Below are positions 25,588 through 38,700 of a DNA stretch of 64,000 nucleotides, in pieces. The position numbers and the translations under genes are program-made. Every line of letters starts with the position of its first letter. Position 1 is the stretch's first letter. Source of the DNA: Octopus vulgaris (Eukaryota); the NCBI GenBank assembly GCA_951406725.2, contig OX597823.1, forward strand, positions 16,740,001 through 16,804,000, read 5' to 3'. Below the pieces are notes generated by a model, which worked only from the letters and a program-made list of their open reading frames with translations, did no database searches and was not told where the DNA came from.

Positions 25588-27476
25588 TATATACGACAGG
25601 CTTCTTTCAGTTTCCGTCTACCAAATCCACTCACAAGACATTGGTCGGCCCGGGGCTATAGCAGAAGACACTTGCCCAAGATGCCACGCAGTGGGACTGA
25701 ACCTGGAACCATGTGGTTGGTAAGCAAGCTACTTACCACACAGCCACTCATATATATGTTACCTTGGGTATCTTCTGCTATAACCCAGGTCTGACTAGTC
25801 TTACAAGCAATGTTCTTGCATAGTATCTTCTACGAAAACACACCTAGTCTTCATGCTGTTTATGCCTGAAGGATAGGTAAATGTTACCTTGCTTGGAAAG
25901 AGGTGGAGGCTTTGCAAGCATAAAAAAGTGAATATTAAGTTAATGATAATATACAGGTGTGTGACAGTCTAACTCATGCCAGCATGGGAAAACCAGTGTA
26001 AAACTACTGATAACAATGAGGGAGGGGGGGCGAGAGAGAAACATTAATTCACCCCCTGTAATGTAACAAATGGAGGCACATGGCCTAGTGGTTAGAGCAG
26101 TGGACTCGCGGTTGAGGGATCGCAGGTTCGAATCTCAGACTGGCCGATGTGTGTGCTTATGAGCGAAACACCTAAGCCCCACGCAGCTCTGGCAGAAGGT
26201 AATGGCAAACTTCTGCTGACTCTTTCGCCACAACTTTCTCTCCCTCTTTTCTCCTGCATCTTGCATCTCACCTGCAAAGGACTGGCGTCCCGTCCAGGTG
26301 GGGAACCTATACGCCAAGGAAACCGGCCCTATGAGCCAGGCATGGCTTGAGAATGAACAAACAAGATAACAAATAATGTGAACTAAACTAATTAAATCTA
26401 AGTTCTAAGGAGCTGACCATAAAAGTTTCTTTCAAAACTAAGTTTTAGTTTGAGAAAGAAGTAGTAAAGCTTTGAATATAATAATAGTTGCAATTAATGT
26501 TGTTAGAACATTAAAAAGAAGAGGGAAAAAAATAATTACCGCAGCATTAGTTTTTAGTATTTCAATTTCTTCTTTTGACCGTTTCAATGTTTCAACAGAA
26601 ACCCCAAATTCTGCAGGAGAGGGCTGAAGTTCATCATCATTATTTAAATCTAGGAACAAGAATAATGATCTTGAGTTTGTTTTTCTTTTCTTTTTTTTGC
26701 ATATTATAAACACAAAAGACAAATTTTGAGTAAAGATTTCTATTAGTGAATGATCCTCTGCCTATCTCCTCTCCTTGATTGGTAATTATTTTTATCAAAT
26801 CTAGAGAGACGAAAGGCAGAACTTAGCTTCTGAATCCCAAAAAGTAAAAGAGTGTAACAATATCACAAAGTATAAACATGCATGTATGTACGTGTGTTTT
26901 ATATCTCCTACTAAGATATAGTAGCATCTCTCATGTTAGTGAGAGATGCTAACAGTAGCATGCACGCACACACACCACAAAAATAAAAAAAAGCACTTCA
27001 AAGCCTGCCAAGTTATAAATGCTACCCCATCATCGGTTAACATCCGCTTTCCATGCTAGCATGGGTTGGATGATTTGACTGAGGTCTGGCGAACCAGATG
27101 GCTGCACCAACCAGACTCCAATCTAATCTGGCAGAGTTTCTACAGCTGGATGCCCTTCCTAATGCCAAGCACTCCGAGAGTGTAGTGGGTGCTTTTACGT
27201 GCCACAAGCACGAGGGCCAGTCAGGCTGTACTGGCAACAGCCACGCTCAAATGGTGCTTTTTATGTGTCACTTGCACAGGAGCCAGTCCAGCAGCACTGG
27301 CAACAACCTCGCTCGAATGTTCAGAAATGCAACAAACCAGTGATTGACCCATTACAAACTCTAACCAATGATGCTATCGTCCACAAATTGTGACATAAAT
27401 AAAATCACAGGCCACAACCCTTTAAAGCTACAAAGTCTCCATTCCACTACCTTACTGTGTACGTGCTTGTGTGTTT

Positions 27477-27539
<63 letters not shown>

Positions 27540-28810
27540 AATATATATTTGTTTTGCGAGATTCTTGATGTGAAATCGTGTGTTGAAACATGTTGTAGTA
27601 ATTAGGAATGGTCATGTTGCCAGTTTAGCCAATAAAAATAGTGCGTATGTTTTTATTGGCTAAACTGGCAATATGACCATTCCTAAATACTACAACATAT
27701 ATATAGATTGTTAGCCACTACACACATTTTTTTCTCTCCTTGTTTTTTCTGTGTCCCTTTCTGTAGAAGAGCGTAGGCTCGAAACACCAAAGACCTTTTC
27801 TATTCCTGAGCGTTATACTTGTACATCTGTTTGTTTTGTACATCACCTGTCTTCGTCTTTTGTTTTTCGTAACCTTTCCCTATATATATATAGCTTGTCT
27901 TTTTAAGGTCCACCTTTCCATGCACACATGGGTCAGACAGAATTCACTGAGGTGGATCTTGTACAGCTGGACACCCATCCTGTTGCCAACCTTCGCTGTT
28001 CTCAAGTGATGTAATATTTCCAAATGACCAGACGTTTTCATAGAAGATTGGAAATGAAGGACATCACCTGCATGACAGCGACACTTGTTTACAACTATCA
28101 TGATGTCAAGGCAGGAAGACAGTAGCGCGCACACACACACACACATCCATACTATAGACTACATTATTCAATGAACCCTCTGTAATATTCAGGGAAATTT
28201 GGTTTGCAGTTGCTAGGTCAAGCAACCTTGTAAAGGCTCAAATGTGATATGTGTGTGTGTGTGAACATATGTATTGACACTACACACTGAAAGGGTTAGC
28301 TATATAATACTGCTAGGATTAATTGCATGATTTTACTGCTGGAGTGAATTGACACAAAAGGGAGTAAAAGGAGAATGGTAACACCATTCTACTTCATCTA
28401 TGCTCAAATATAAAGAAGAAAATGTCAGTGATGGTGAAAAGAGTGAAATCCTTAGAAATTGAAGTTCAAAATCTCAGCAAATAGTTCAATACAAACTTTA
28501 CTCACCATAAAGACTCATAGCTTTAGCTTTCTTCAGATCTTCCTCTTCTTGGTTAACGCCAATCTAAAGTAAACAAATATTTTCTTTTCTGTTATAACAA
28601 GAAAGCATATTGAGGGATAGAAATACAACATCAGTTTCATGTTTAGGCATAGGAGTGGCTGTGTGGTAAGTAGCTTGTTTACGAACCACATGGTTCCGGG
28701 TTCAGTCCCATTGCGTGGCACCTTGGGTAAGTGTCTTCTGCGATAGCCTCGGGCCGACCAAAGCCTTGTGAGTGGATTTGGTAGACGGAAACTGAAAGAA
28801 GCCCGTTGTG

Positions 28811-28863
<53 letters not shown>

Positions 28864-31132
28864 GTGTCTGTGTTTGTCCCCCCAACATCGCTTGACAACC
28901 GATGCTGGTGTGTTTACGTCCCTGTAACTTAGCGGTTCGGCAAAAGAGACCGATAGAATAAGTCCTGGGGTCGATTTGATCGGCTAAAAGGCGGTGCTCC
29001 AGCATGGCCACATTCAAATGACTGAAACAAGTAAAAGAGAGAGTATATATCATCATTGAACATTTGCTTTTCATGCTGACACAAGTTGGATGGTTTGACA
29101 TGGAGCTGGTCAGCTGGGAGCTGTCCTGGCTCCAATCGTCTGTTGTGGCACGGTTTCTACAGCTAGATGCACTTCCTAATGCCAACCACTCAACAGTGTG
29201 CTGGGTGCTTTATGATTATATATATAAATAATTATCATTTTAAATTCTACTTTTCAGATTTTTTGTAGCTGGATGCCCCTACTGTTGCCAAGCAAAATAA
29301 TATTTTCCCATGGCTGGACATGTTTTCACAGAAGATTGGAAATGAAGGAAACCACTGACACTGCTTGTATTACAATCCCATGACACCAAGACAAGGAGAC
29401 TCTCTCTCACACACACATTTTGGGCTTCTCTCAGTTTCCATCTACCAAATCCACTCACAAGGCTTTGGTTGCCCTGAGAGCTATAGGGGAAGATAAAGGC
29501 AGGGAGCTGGCAGAACCGTTAGCACACAGGGCGAAATGCGTAGCCGTATTTCGTCTGCCGTTATGTTCTGAGTTCAAATTCCACCGTGGTCAACTTTGCC
29601 TTTCATGCTTTCGGGGTCGATAAATTAAGTACCAGTTACGCACTGGGGTCGACATAATCGACTTAATCCGTTTGTCTGTCCCCTCTGTGTTTAGCCCCTT
29701 GTGGGTAGTAAAGAAATAGGTATTTCGTCTGCCGTTACATTCTGAGTTCAAATTCCGCCGAGGTCGACTTTGCCTTTCATCCTTTCGGGGTTGATAAATT
29801 AAGAAGCAGTTACACACTGGGGTTGATCTAATTGACTTAATCCCTTTGTCTGTCCCCTCTGTGTTTAGCCCCTTGTGGGTAAGTAAAGAAATATATAGTG
29901 GAAGATACTTGCCGAAGGTGCCACTCAGTGGGACTGAGGTCAAGATTACATAATTACAAAAGGAAGTTTCCTAACCACAGAAAAGATATTTTGAGTTGAA
30001 GAACAAATTGCATATGCTTTATAATATAGGATCATGTACATGTATTTATCTTGTGAAATTATGTTATCATCAACTTGGTAATAAGATTTGTATAGATATT
30101 TTCACTTAAATATAATTAATTACATATAGCATCATATATATTGGTAATCTATAACTGAAAAAATTGCTAAAGCAGGTTAAACAGATGCGAGTTGAATCTT
30201 CTGGAGAGGGTGCTAGTCTACTGCTGACACATATATGAACATTTGTTAACTTTCCACAAGAACATTTTAAAGTTGCATATTTCCACATTTTGCACCAACC
30301 CGGCTGGCAACAATAAAGAACTACAAAGAAAGTTAAGCAATCTACCTCAAGATCCACAACAGGTATGTTATTGCCGTTGGTTTTGCCATTAACTTCACCA
30401 TTTTCATGAGGACCGTTTACTAGAACCGGGATCAAACTTGAATCTGTCTTGCCGTTTTGTGTAGGTTGTTGATTCTCTTTGTTTTCTGCATCATAACCTT
30501 TAATTAAATAAAAATAAAAAATTGTAGGAAAACAATGGAGGTGGAAATTCATAGGTATTTTGTAATTTATATATTGTAATAATAATATAATATATATGCA
30601 TATTTGGGTACAGGACGTGACCACTAGTAAACAACATGAAATACAAAAACAAATGAGTTAAATACACAAATAACAGGAGAGAGAGAGAAAAGGACAAGTA
30701 ATACAAAGAATACAGTTGTCGACTGTGTATCTACTCCTTGTTTCAAGCAATCAATGATAAAATGAGTCTTCGAAGACAGTTGCTCCCATAAATACCAAAA
30801 TAAATGAACGAGGGGAAAATAGTGAATGCTGAAATATTTTCTTTGAAAAGAGAAAAGATAGAAGAGAAAGATATAGGTGACATCCAGTCCTTAGAATGTC
30901 CATACAAGAAAGAAAAGAAAGATAGACGATGGTCACATGCGAGCAACAAGCGAGAGAAAAAGAGAAAGAGGTGGAGAGAGAGACAGATAGAAAACGGTGA
31001 AGGAGAAAAAAAAGGGAATTAGAGAGGATAGGGGAGACAACAGTATAGAATAAAGTTGCATCAAAAAGGTTAAGATAAAATTACTTGGAAAATGATGCAT
31101 GGTGTTAAATAATAATATAAATAATTTGTGTA

Positions 31133-31166
<34 letters not shown>

Positions 31167-34100
31167 CTCCTTTACTTGTTTCAGTCATTTGACTGCGGCC
31201 ATGCTGGAGCACCGCCTTTAGTCGAGCAACTCGACCCCGGGACTTATTCTTTTTGTAAGCCCAGTACTTATTCTATTGGTCTCTTTTTACCGAACCGCTA
31301 AGTGACGAGGACGTAAACACACCAGCATCGGTTGTCAAGCAATGCTAGGGGAACAAACACAGACACACAAACATACACACATACATATATATATATACAT
31401 ATATACGACAGGCTTCTTTCAGTTTCCGTCTACCAAATCCACTCACAAGGCATTGGTCGGCCCGGGGCTATAGCAGAAGACACTTGCCCAAGATGCCACG
31501 CAGTGGGACTGAACTCGGAACCATGTGGTTGGTTAGCAAGCTACTTACCACACAGCCACTCCCTATATATATATATATATAGACGATGATATATATATCT
31601 CCATTCAATAAGGATTTTTACTATCTAGACAATTCAGAAGTACTTCAAGGGAGTAGTTAGCTAATAGAGTACTTGAAAGGAATACCAGCAGCACTCCTTA
31701 TCAGACTGAATTGTGCTTTGATGATTTAAGTCATTTCTAATGAGAAATAGTTTGATCATTTTGCTCAATTATGTAATCTATTAACAATCAATAAATAGCC
31801 ATTCTCATGGAAATGCATGTTATGTAATCAGAAGGCCAGCAGCATTTTTTATTCATCTATTACTGTTATATGTATAATTGTATATGTCATCATTTGAGCC
31901 CATTTTTAATACTAGTATGAGATGAACACATCTTGCAGCATCTCGCCATTCATCATTTGACACACTGCACTGGGATGGTTATGGCTGGAAAGCCTTGGAT
32001 CAAAGACCAGCTCAATCAAAGCTGATCTGGGATGACAACACCACACTATTAATAACCGTGTCTATGTTAAACACAAGGACATAATTTGAAGGGAAGCAGG
32101 TGTTATCTTTTATATTGGTTCCAGTAGATGGATACTGACAATATCTGCCTCAGTAAGACAAAAGGAAAGGTGGACTTAGACAAGATTTGAAGCATTGACA
32201 CATAAAGGTGTCCATGTAAATGCTGAAGACCATTCAATCTGTTGTTCAAGAGATTCTGCCACTTACCAGTTACTACTGATAATAATTAAGGCCAGCAATA
32301 GTTGAGGAGGAAATTAGTCAAATTGATCCCCAATACTTGACTGGTGTTCTATTTTACTGACCCCACAAGAATGAGAGGCAAAGTTCAGTTCAACAGGATT
32401 TGAACTCAGAACATAAAGAGTCGGAGTAAATACTATGAAGCATGTTGTTTGATGCTCTACTCGCATTCTGTCAATCCAAACATATTCGTAGCATTAATCA
32501 TTCTAATTTTGGCTCCAGGTCAGTAATTTGGAGATAGGAAGGAGTAAGTTGATTACATCAACCCCAGTGCCAAACTGGTACTTCTTGATGGAATTTGAAC
32601 TCGGACTATAAAGAACCAGAAGAAAAGTTACTGTTTCTAATTTAGGTACAAAGCCACTAATTGGAGGAGACGGGGTTAGTTGATACCTGAAACACCAGAA
32701 CTTTGTTTTCATCGCCACCAGAGGGATGAAAGGCAAAATTAGCAAGAACAGGATTTGAACTCAGCATGTAAAATGCTGGGAGAAATAGCATAAGGAATTT
32801 TTCTGTTGCACTTCATGAGTCTACAAATCCACCACTTTCAATGATAATAAATAATTAATAACAACAACTTACAAGACAAAGAATTATTTTCATTCTCTGG
32901 TAATACGGAGTTCTCTCCATTTACAAACTCTGTGTTAAACATTGACTGGTGTTGTTCTGGCTGCCATTGCACAGCTGAAGTGTTGTGATCTTCAATTTCA
33001 GTCTTCAACTGTAAGCTGTTTTCTATCGCTAACCTCATCCGTTCTTCTTCACTCAAGCTAAACAGATCATCATTACTTAAATACTTCACACCTGAAAATA
33101 AACAAATTGAGAGGTAATTTGAATGTTTTGACTGGTAGTTATTTGGTAACATATTTAACGCATGTAATCTAAATGTACATTGGGAGGAGAAAAAAATATT
33201 GGTCAATGATTGTTTTAATCTTTCCTGACATGTTCTGGTATTATTCTGACTACATCAGCTCATTATCATCATCGTTTAACGTCTGCTTTCCATGCTAGCA
33301 TGGGTTGGACAGTTCAACTGGGGTCTGGGAAGCCAGAAGGCTGCACATGGCCCAGTCTGATCTGGCAGTGTTTCTACAGCTGGATGCCCTTCCTAACGCT
33401 AACTACTCCGTGAGTGTAGTGGGTGCTTTTTATGTGCCAGACGAGGCTGGCAATGGCCACGATCGGATGATGCTTTTTATGTGCCACCGGCATGGAGGCC
33501 AGTCGGGGCGATCCTTCATGTCATCCAACCCTTTTAGTTGTTTCTTACAACATGTAGAGACAGTGTACCTTTCCTAATACTGGGATCAACGTGAAAAGTA
33601 ATAGTAAAATTAATGTTTCACTTTTATTGCATGATGAATTTACAAGCTAACTGGAAATAAACTATATGCTCAAGAAAAAAAAAAATGATATTTATCAATA
33701 ACTAATGTTATTTTCGTTTTTCTATCATGCATAGGAAATAACTGGAGATTTATCTGGCTTTATTCTGACCTCATCAGTGAACAGACTTCATTGAAGTTAC
33801 TGAAATAGTGATGCATGAAGCATAATAATAGTAAATTATTATAAAAATATACTGTTTCCCTTCCTTACTAGAAAAATGAAAAATAATATTAGTAATCAAT
33901 CAATATTTGTTTCCACCGCTTAATTATTTCTAATTGAAAGTGTAAAATATAGGGAAAGCTATGATGGTCTATATCAACAAACAGAAAATCTATAAAATGT
34001 TTGCAAAGCAGAATAAAATATTTTGCTGTAGGAAGAGAAGAAATCTAACATTTAGGATATGAGTCTTTGCCAGTGAGTTATTTTTAGTTTGATAGCTTAT

Positions 34101-35705
34101 TTACATGCTTTAAATCAGACATGGGTAACATTTTATGGATTCTATCAACACTAACATAACTATAGATTTCCATACAGATGTCATCTCTGAATTATATATT
34201 CATGCACTGTTTTTAATTGAAACAATTTATAGCAGTGAACATAGATTTAATAATATTGCTATAAATATCATTTCTTTCATTCATACTATTCATCATCATC
34301 GTTTAAAGATGGAATTTGTGGCAGCAAATTCTTTTTCTTTGCAGCTCGATGTCCTTCCTGTTGCCAACCTTTACTAATTTCCAACAAAGGTAATATTTCA
34401 CCATGAAAGACAGGTAATTAATAACATTGCCTGTATGACAGTGATGTGCAATTTAAAATCATTCAAATGATGTCAAGACAAAGGTAAACAAAAACATACA
34501 CTGGGCTTCTTTCGATTTCTGCCTGTCAAATCCACTCAAAAGATACTTGCCCAAGGTGTCATGCAGTGGGACTGACAAGACCACATGGTTGAGAAGCAAG
34601 CCCTTAACCACACAGCCATGCCTACATATATTATTCATCATACAGGCGCAGGAGTGGCTGTGTGGTAAGTAGCTTGTTTACCAACCACATGGCTCCAGGT
34701 TCAGTCCCACTGCGTGGCACCTTGGGCAAGTGTCTTCTACTATAGCCTCGGGCCGACCAAAGCCTTGTGAGTGGATTTGGTAGACGGAAACTGAAAGAAG
34801 CCCGTCGTATATATGTATATATATATATATATGCATGTGTGTGTTTGTCCCCCTAGCATTGCTTGACAACCGATGCTGGTGTGTTTATGTCCCCGTTACT
34901 TAGCGGTTCGGCAAAAGAGACCGATAGAATAAGTACTGGGCTTACAAAAAGGGTCGATTTGCTCGATTAAAAGGCGGTGCTCCAGCATGGCCGCGGTCAG
35001 ATGACTGAAACAAGTAAAAGAGTATATAGAATAATTTTCTTCAGCTCTTTAGTTCTACTCGGGAACTGTTTTGGAGCTTTTTTTTACAAAAATCCATACA
35101 GAATGGCAGAGACAAAAACAAGAACCAATACATATAAAAAAAACTAGTATTGTTTGTTTCTATCATGATGCTGATTTTGTAACCAGAAAGCACCTTCACC
35201 AAATGTTTCATCATCAAGCTTAATACGTAATAGTTGTCTCCGTTTTCCAGACTTACCATTTTCCATGGGTTTTGTCTCTGAAGAATTATCTTCAGGTGTA
35301 CTGCAGCAATCTGGTAACTGAAATCAAATTAGAAATATTATATAGATAAGGATATTTTGTAATGTGGCTTACATGCATAAACATTAAGGTGTTCAATACA
35401 CATTAGTGAAGTACTTTAGTTGGGTTTCCTCCACAAAGTTCAATGGAAATCCAATTTTCACATGTGTAGTGTGACAAGCTCTGAAAGAATTTCACTGAAA
35501 GTTTAAGACTTATTAACTCTCTTTATCCTGGCTTAGCCAGTCTGACAATAACATGGTCCAAACAGTGGCCAGTAGTATAAGAACCTGAAGAAGTAATTGG
35601 CAGGATCCCCACTAATGGTATTGCTCTCTTTAACACACCATAACTCCTGATCAACAATGCAAAGTTGACTCCAGCAAGATCTGAACTCAGGATAATTGAT
35701 AGTTG

Positions 35706-35751
<46 letters not shown>

Positions 35752-38700
35752 TGTATTTTGAAAGGCCAGCCTTGTCACATTCTGTGTCATGTTGATCTCC
35801 CTCAGAACTATGTTAAGGGAATATGTGTGTGTGTGTGTGTGTGTGTGTGGAGTGTGCAGTCACTTGCACATTGATTTCACAAGTAGGCTGATCCATTGAT
35901 CGGATCGACTGGAACACTTGTCCTCATAACTGTCGGAGTGCCTTATATATTACACTAAATACAGAGAAGACTTAGCCATTCTAAAATACACAAAATCTGT
36001 TACTTTCACTTTAATTTCATTCATTATTTGGTGTCAAAATTTCGGTTGCACCAACTGTGATCTGGTCACTAATACATTTTCATTGCCAACTTAAACCTTC
36101 TATGCTGTAATTGCTTGAGCTTCAACACACAATCCAAGATCAAATCACTTGCTTGTGTGATTGTGAGTAAGAAAATTTCATATTCCAATTCAAACACACT
36201 CCTTGCCATTAAACTGAAAAAATGGCCAATAAATGTTTTTATGCATATAGATAATTTAGGCATTATAGAATTAAAATAGTCATCACATACTTCAAGAATA
36301 TAAACTACTTACCAATTTGGAATTTTGCCCAAATTCCAAATCATTGAAGAAAGAAAGATCTTGACTTTTAGTTGATTCCTAGAAATAGATAATTTCAAAA
36401 TTAACATTTTCAGTTAAGCTGTAGACATGCAATGCATGTAAGTGCTGATTAAAACTGCAATTAATGCGACTAATTATCATATTACCACAGTAATCCATCT
36501 TTAACTTTTAGTTGTTGAGTTGTGCTTTAACCCTTTAGCATTTAAACTGGCCATATCTGGCCAAAAGTATTCTGCCTTTTTTTATGTTCAAACTGGCCAT
36601 ATCTGATCTCTCACACCAACCCTACAATATCATCTTAAAAATGAACAGCTACCTCATCAAAATCTCATAGCTACAAGATAATGCATGATTAGTTCAAAAC
36701 AATGTGGATAAAAAAGCATTAGTTTTGGCAGAATAATGTGAACACTAAAGGGTTAAATATTCTTAGCTGAAGCGATCTACTTCATTAATGTTATCAATGC
36801 CTTTAAGTACGACCAGAAATATGCTACAACTTCCCACACCCAAAATTTCTGGATTTCCTTCTTGTAAAGAACCTTTGATTTTTTTTTCATGCATTTACAA
36901 CCTTTTAAATCAATATAACCAACATAGTAGATAACCCACACATCAAGTCAATGAAGAAAGTTTGTATTTGATTGCTTAACTTGTGAGAAATAGCAATCAA
37001 GTCTTCCAAAACATTACATGCCATTACCTCAAAAGAGGAGACAGGGAAATGCTATTCTTGATATTTGGTGTCCAAGTGAAAAACCTGAGCATTCAGATGT
37101 AGATTTGCAGAACCAGAGGAATTTTGGATAAAATACATTTATACTGTTTTGATTATAACCCCTTATATCCTAAGTTCAAATCACACCCAGGTCAACTTTA
37201 TTTCTTCTCCATCTGAGGTCAAGAAAAATTATTGAACAAAAATGACTGGGGTGTCATGTAATCCACTTCAAATTTTTAGGCGATATTTCAAGTTGGTTGT
37301 AGTCTAGTGTGTGTGTGTGTGTGCAAACAATAAAAGAATTGATATAAAAAGAAACTAAAAGTAAAAAGTTAGTTACTTTATTGTCAGTGTGATTGGTTGA
37401 GTTCTCATCTTGTATATTATTTGAGAATTCTTGTGCCAATGTTGAAATTGGGACAACACCTAAATCATCAGCGTTTTCTGCAGATTCAAATAAGGAACTC
37501 TTATGTGCTGAATTACTGAAAAATGAAAACACAAAAATTTATGATTTTGGTAATTGTTAAAGTTTGCAAATTATTATTTACAGAAAAACAAATAAAATAA
37601 AAGGAGAAAAAAAAAACAATGAAACTAGAATTGAAAACAGATTTTTATGAAAAACATTCTCTTTGATGCTATAATAAATTCAAGATATACATTTCTAGTT
37701 TTAGGAAATGTTTGTCAAGATATTATCAACATCGCCACATCTGGGTTTTTTTTTTATATGTTCACTCTATACTGACATGGGGAAGATGGAACTTATGGAG
37801 GCAATATTCCAAGGCCAGATGTTCATCCTATTGATAATCCTTATTTACTTCCAACAGATGTACTTATTCTCCTGATCAGTTGAGCACCAAACAGCTCAAG
37901 TGCCAGACGTGTCTTTATGGTTGACATTATGTTTTCTTTTAAGCAACATGCAAACGATACCAGAACACAAACACATATACACATGCATATACTCTCACTC
38001 AATGAGATTCTGTTCAGTTTCTTCTTAAACCAGTGATATTTGCCCACAGTTCCACACCAGCAGGAATGAACCCAAAACCATGAGGTTCAGGACTAAAATT
38101 TACACCTGTAACAATATCCAAGATAAATATGATATTGTCACTTAGCTGAAGGATTGGTAGTTTACATCTGTGACACTGTTCTACAATATTCTCATACTCA
38201 ACGTGTTCATTCAGTTGTAAATTGATACCATGGGAGTATGATGCAACTTAGCTAACTGATGCAGAAATGTTATTATGTTTGGAACAATTCTAATATGAGC
38301 ATAGCTTGAGATGACCTCTCTTGAATATCATCATTTTTATCATATTTGCATAGAGAAAAGGCACAGGAATGGCTGTGTAGTAAGAAGCTTGCTTCCCAAC
38401 CATATGGTTCCAGGTTCAATCTCACTGCATGGCACTTTAGACAAATATCTTCTACTAGAGCATCAGGTTGATCAAAGCCTTGTGAGTGGATTTCGCAGAC
38501 AGAAATTGAAAGAAACTCATAAACATACATACATACATACATGGAGAAATAACCTCTATTAAGCAATTCAATAGTGACAGACAATATCCACACCATATAG
38601 AAAAAATTTAAATATACTACAATAAATATTATTTTTAAAAAATCACAAAATTAAATAAACATTAAATTAACTAGTAGTTTATTTAATTTTGTGATTTTTT

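Noticed and set aside
26072-26145. Possible tRNA-Arg gene
   Set aside because: No acceptor-stem pairing; continues into a SINE body with TSD. The same applies to the other tRNA-like heads
30106-30624. Longest ORF (172 aa) extending past exon 18
   Set aside because: Only 30346-30497 fits the exon chain; the remainder reads as intron with no homology I recognise, though intron retention is not excluded
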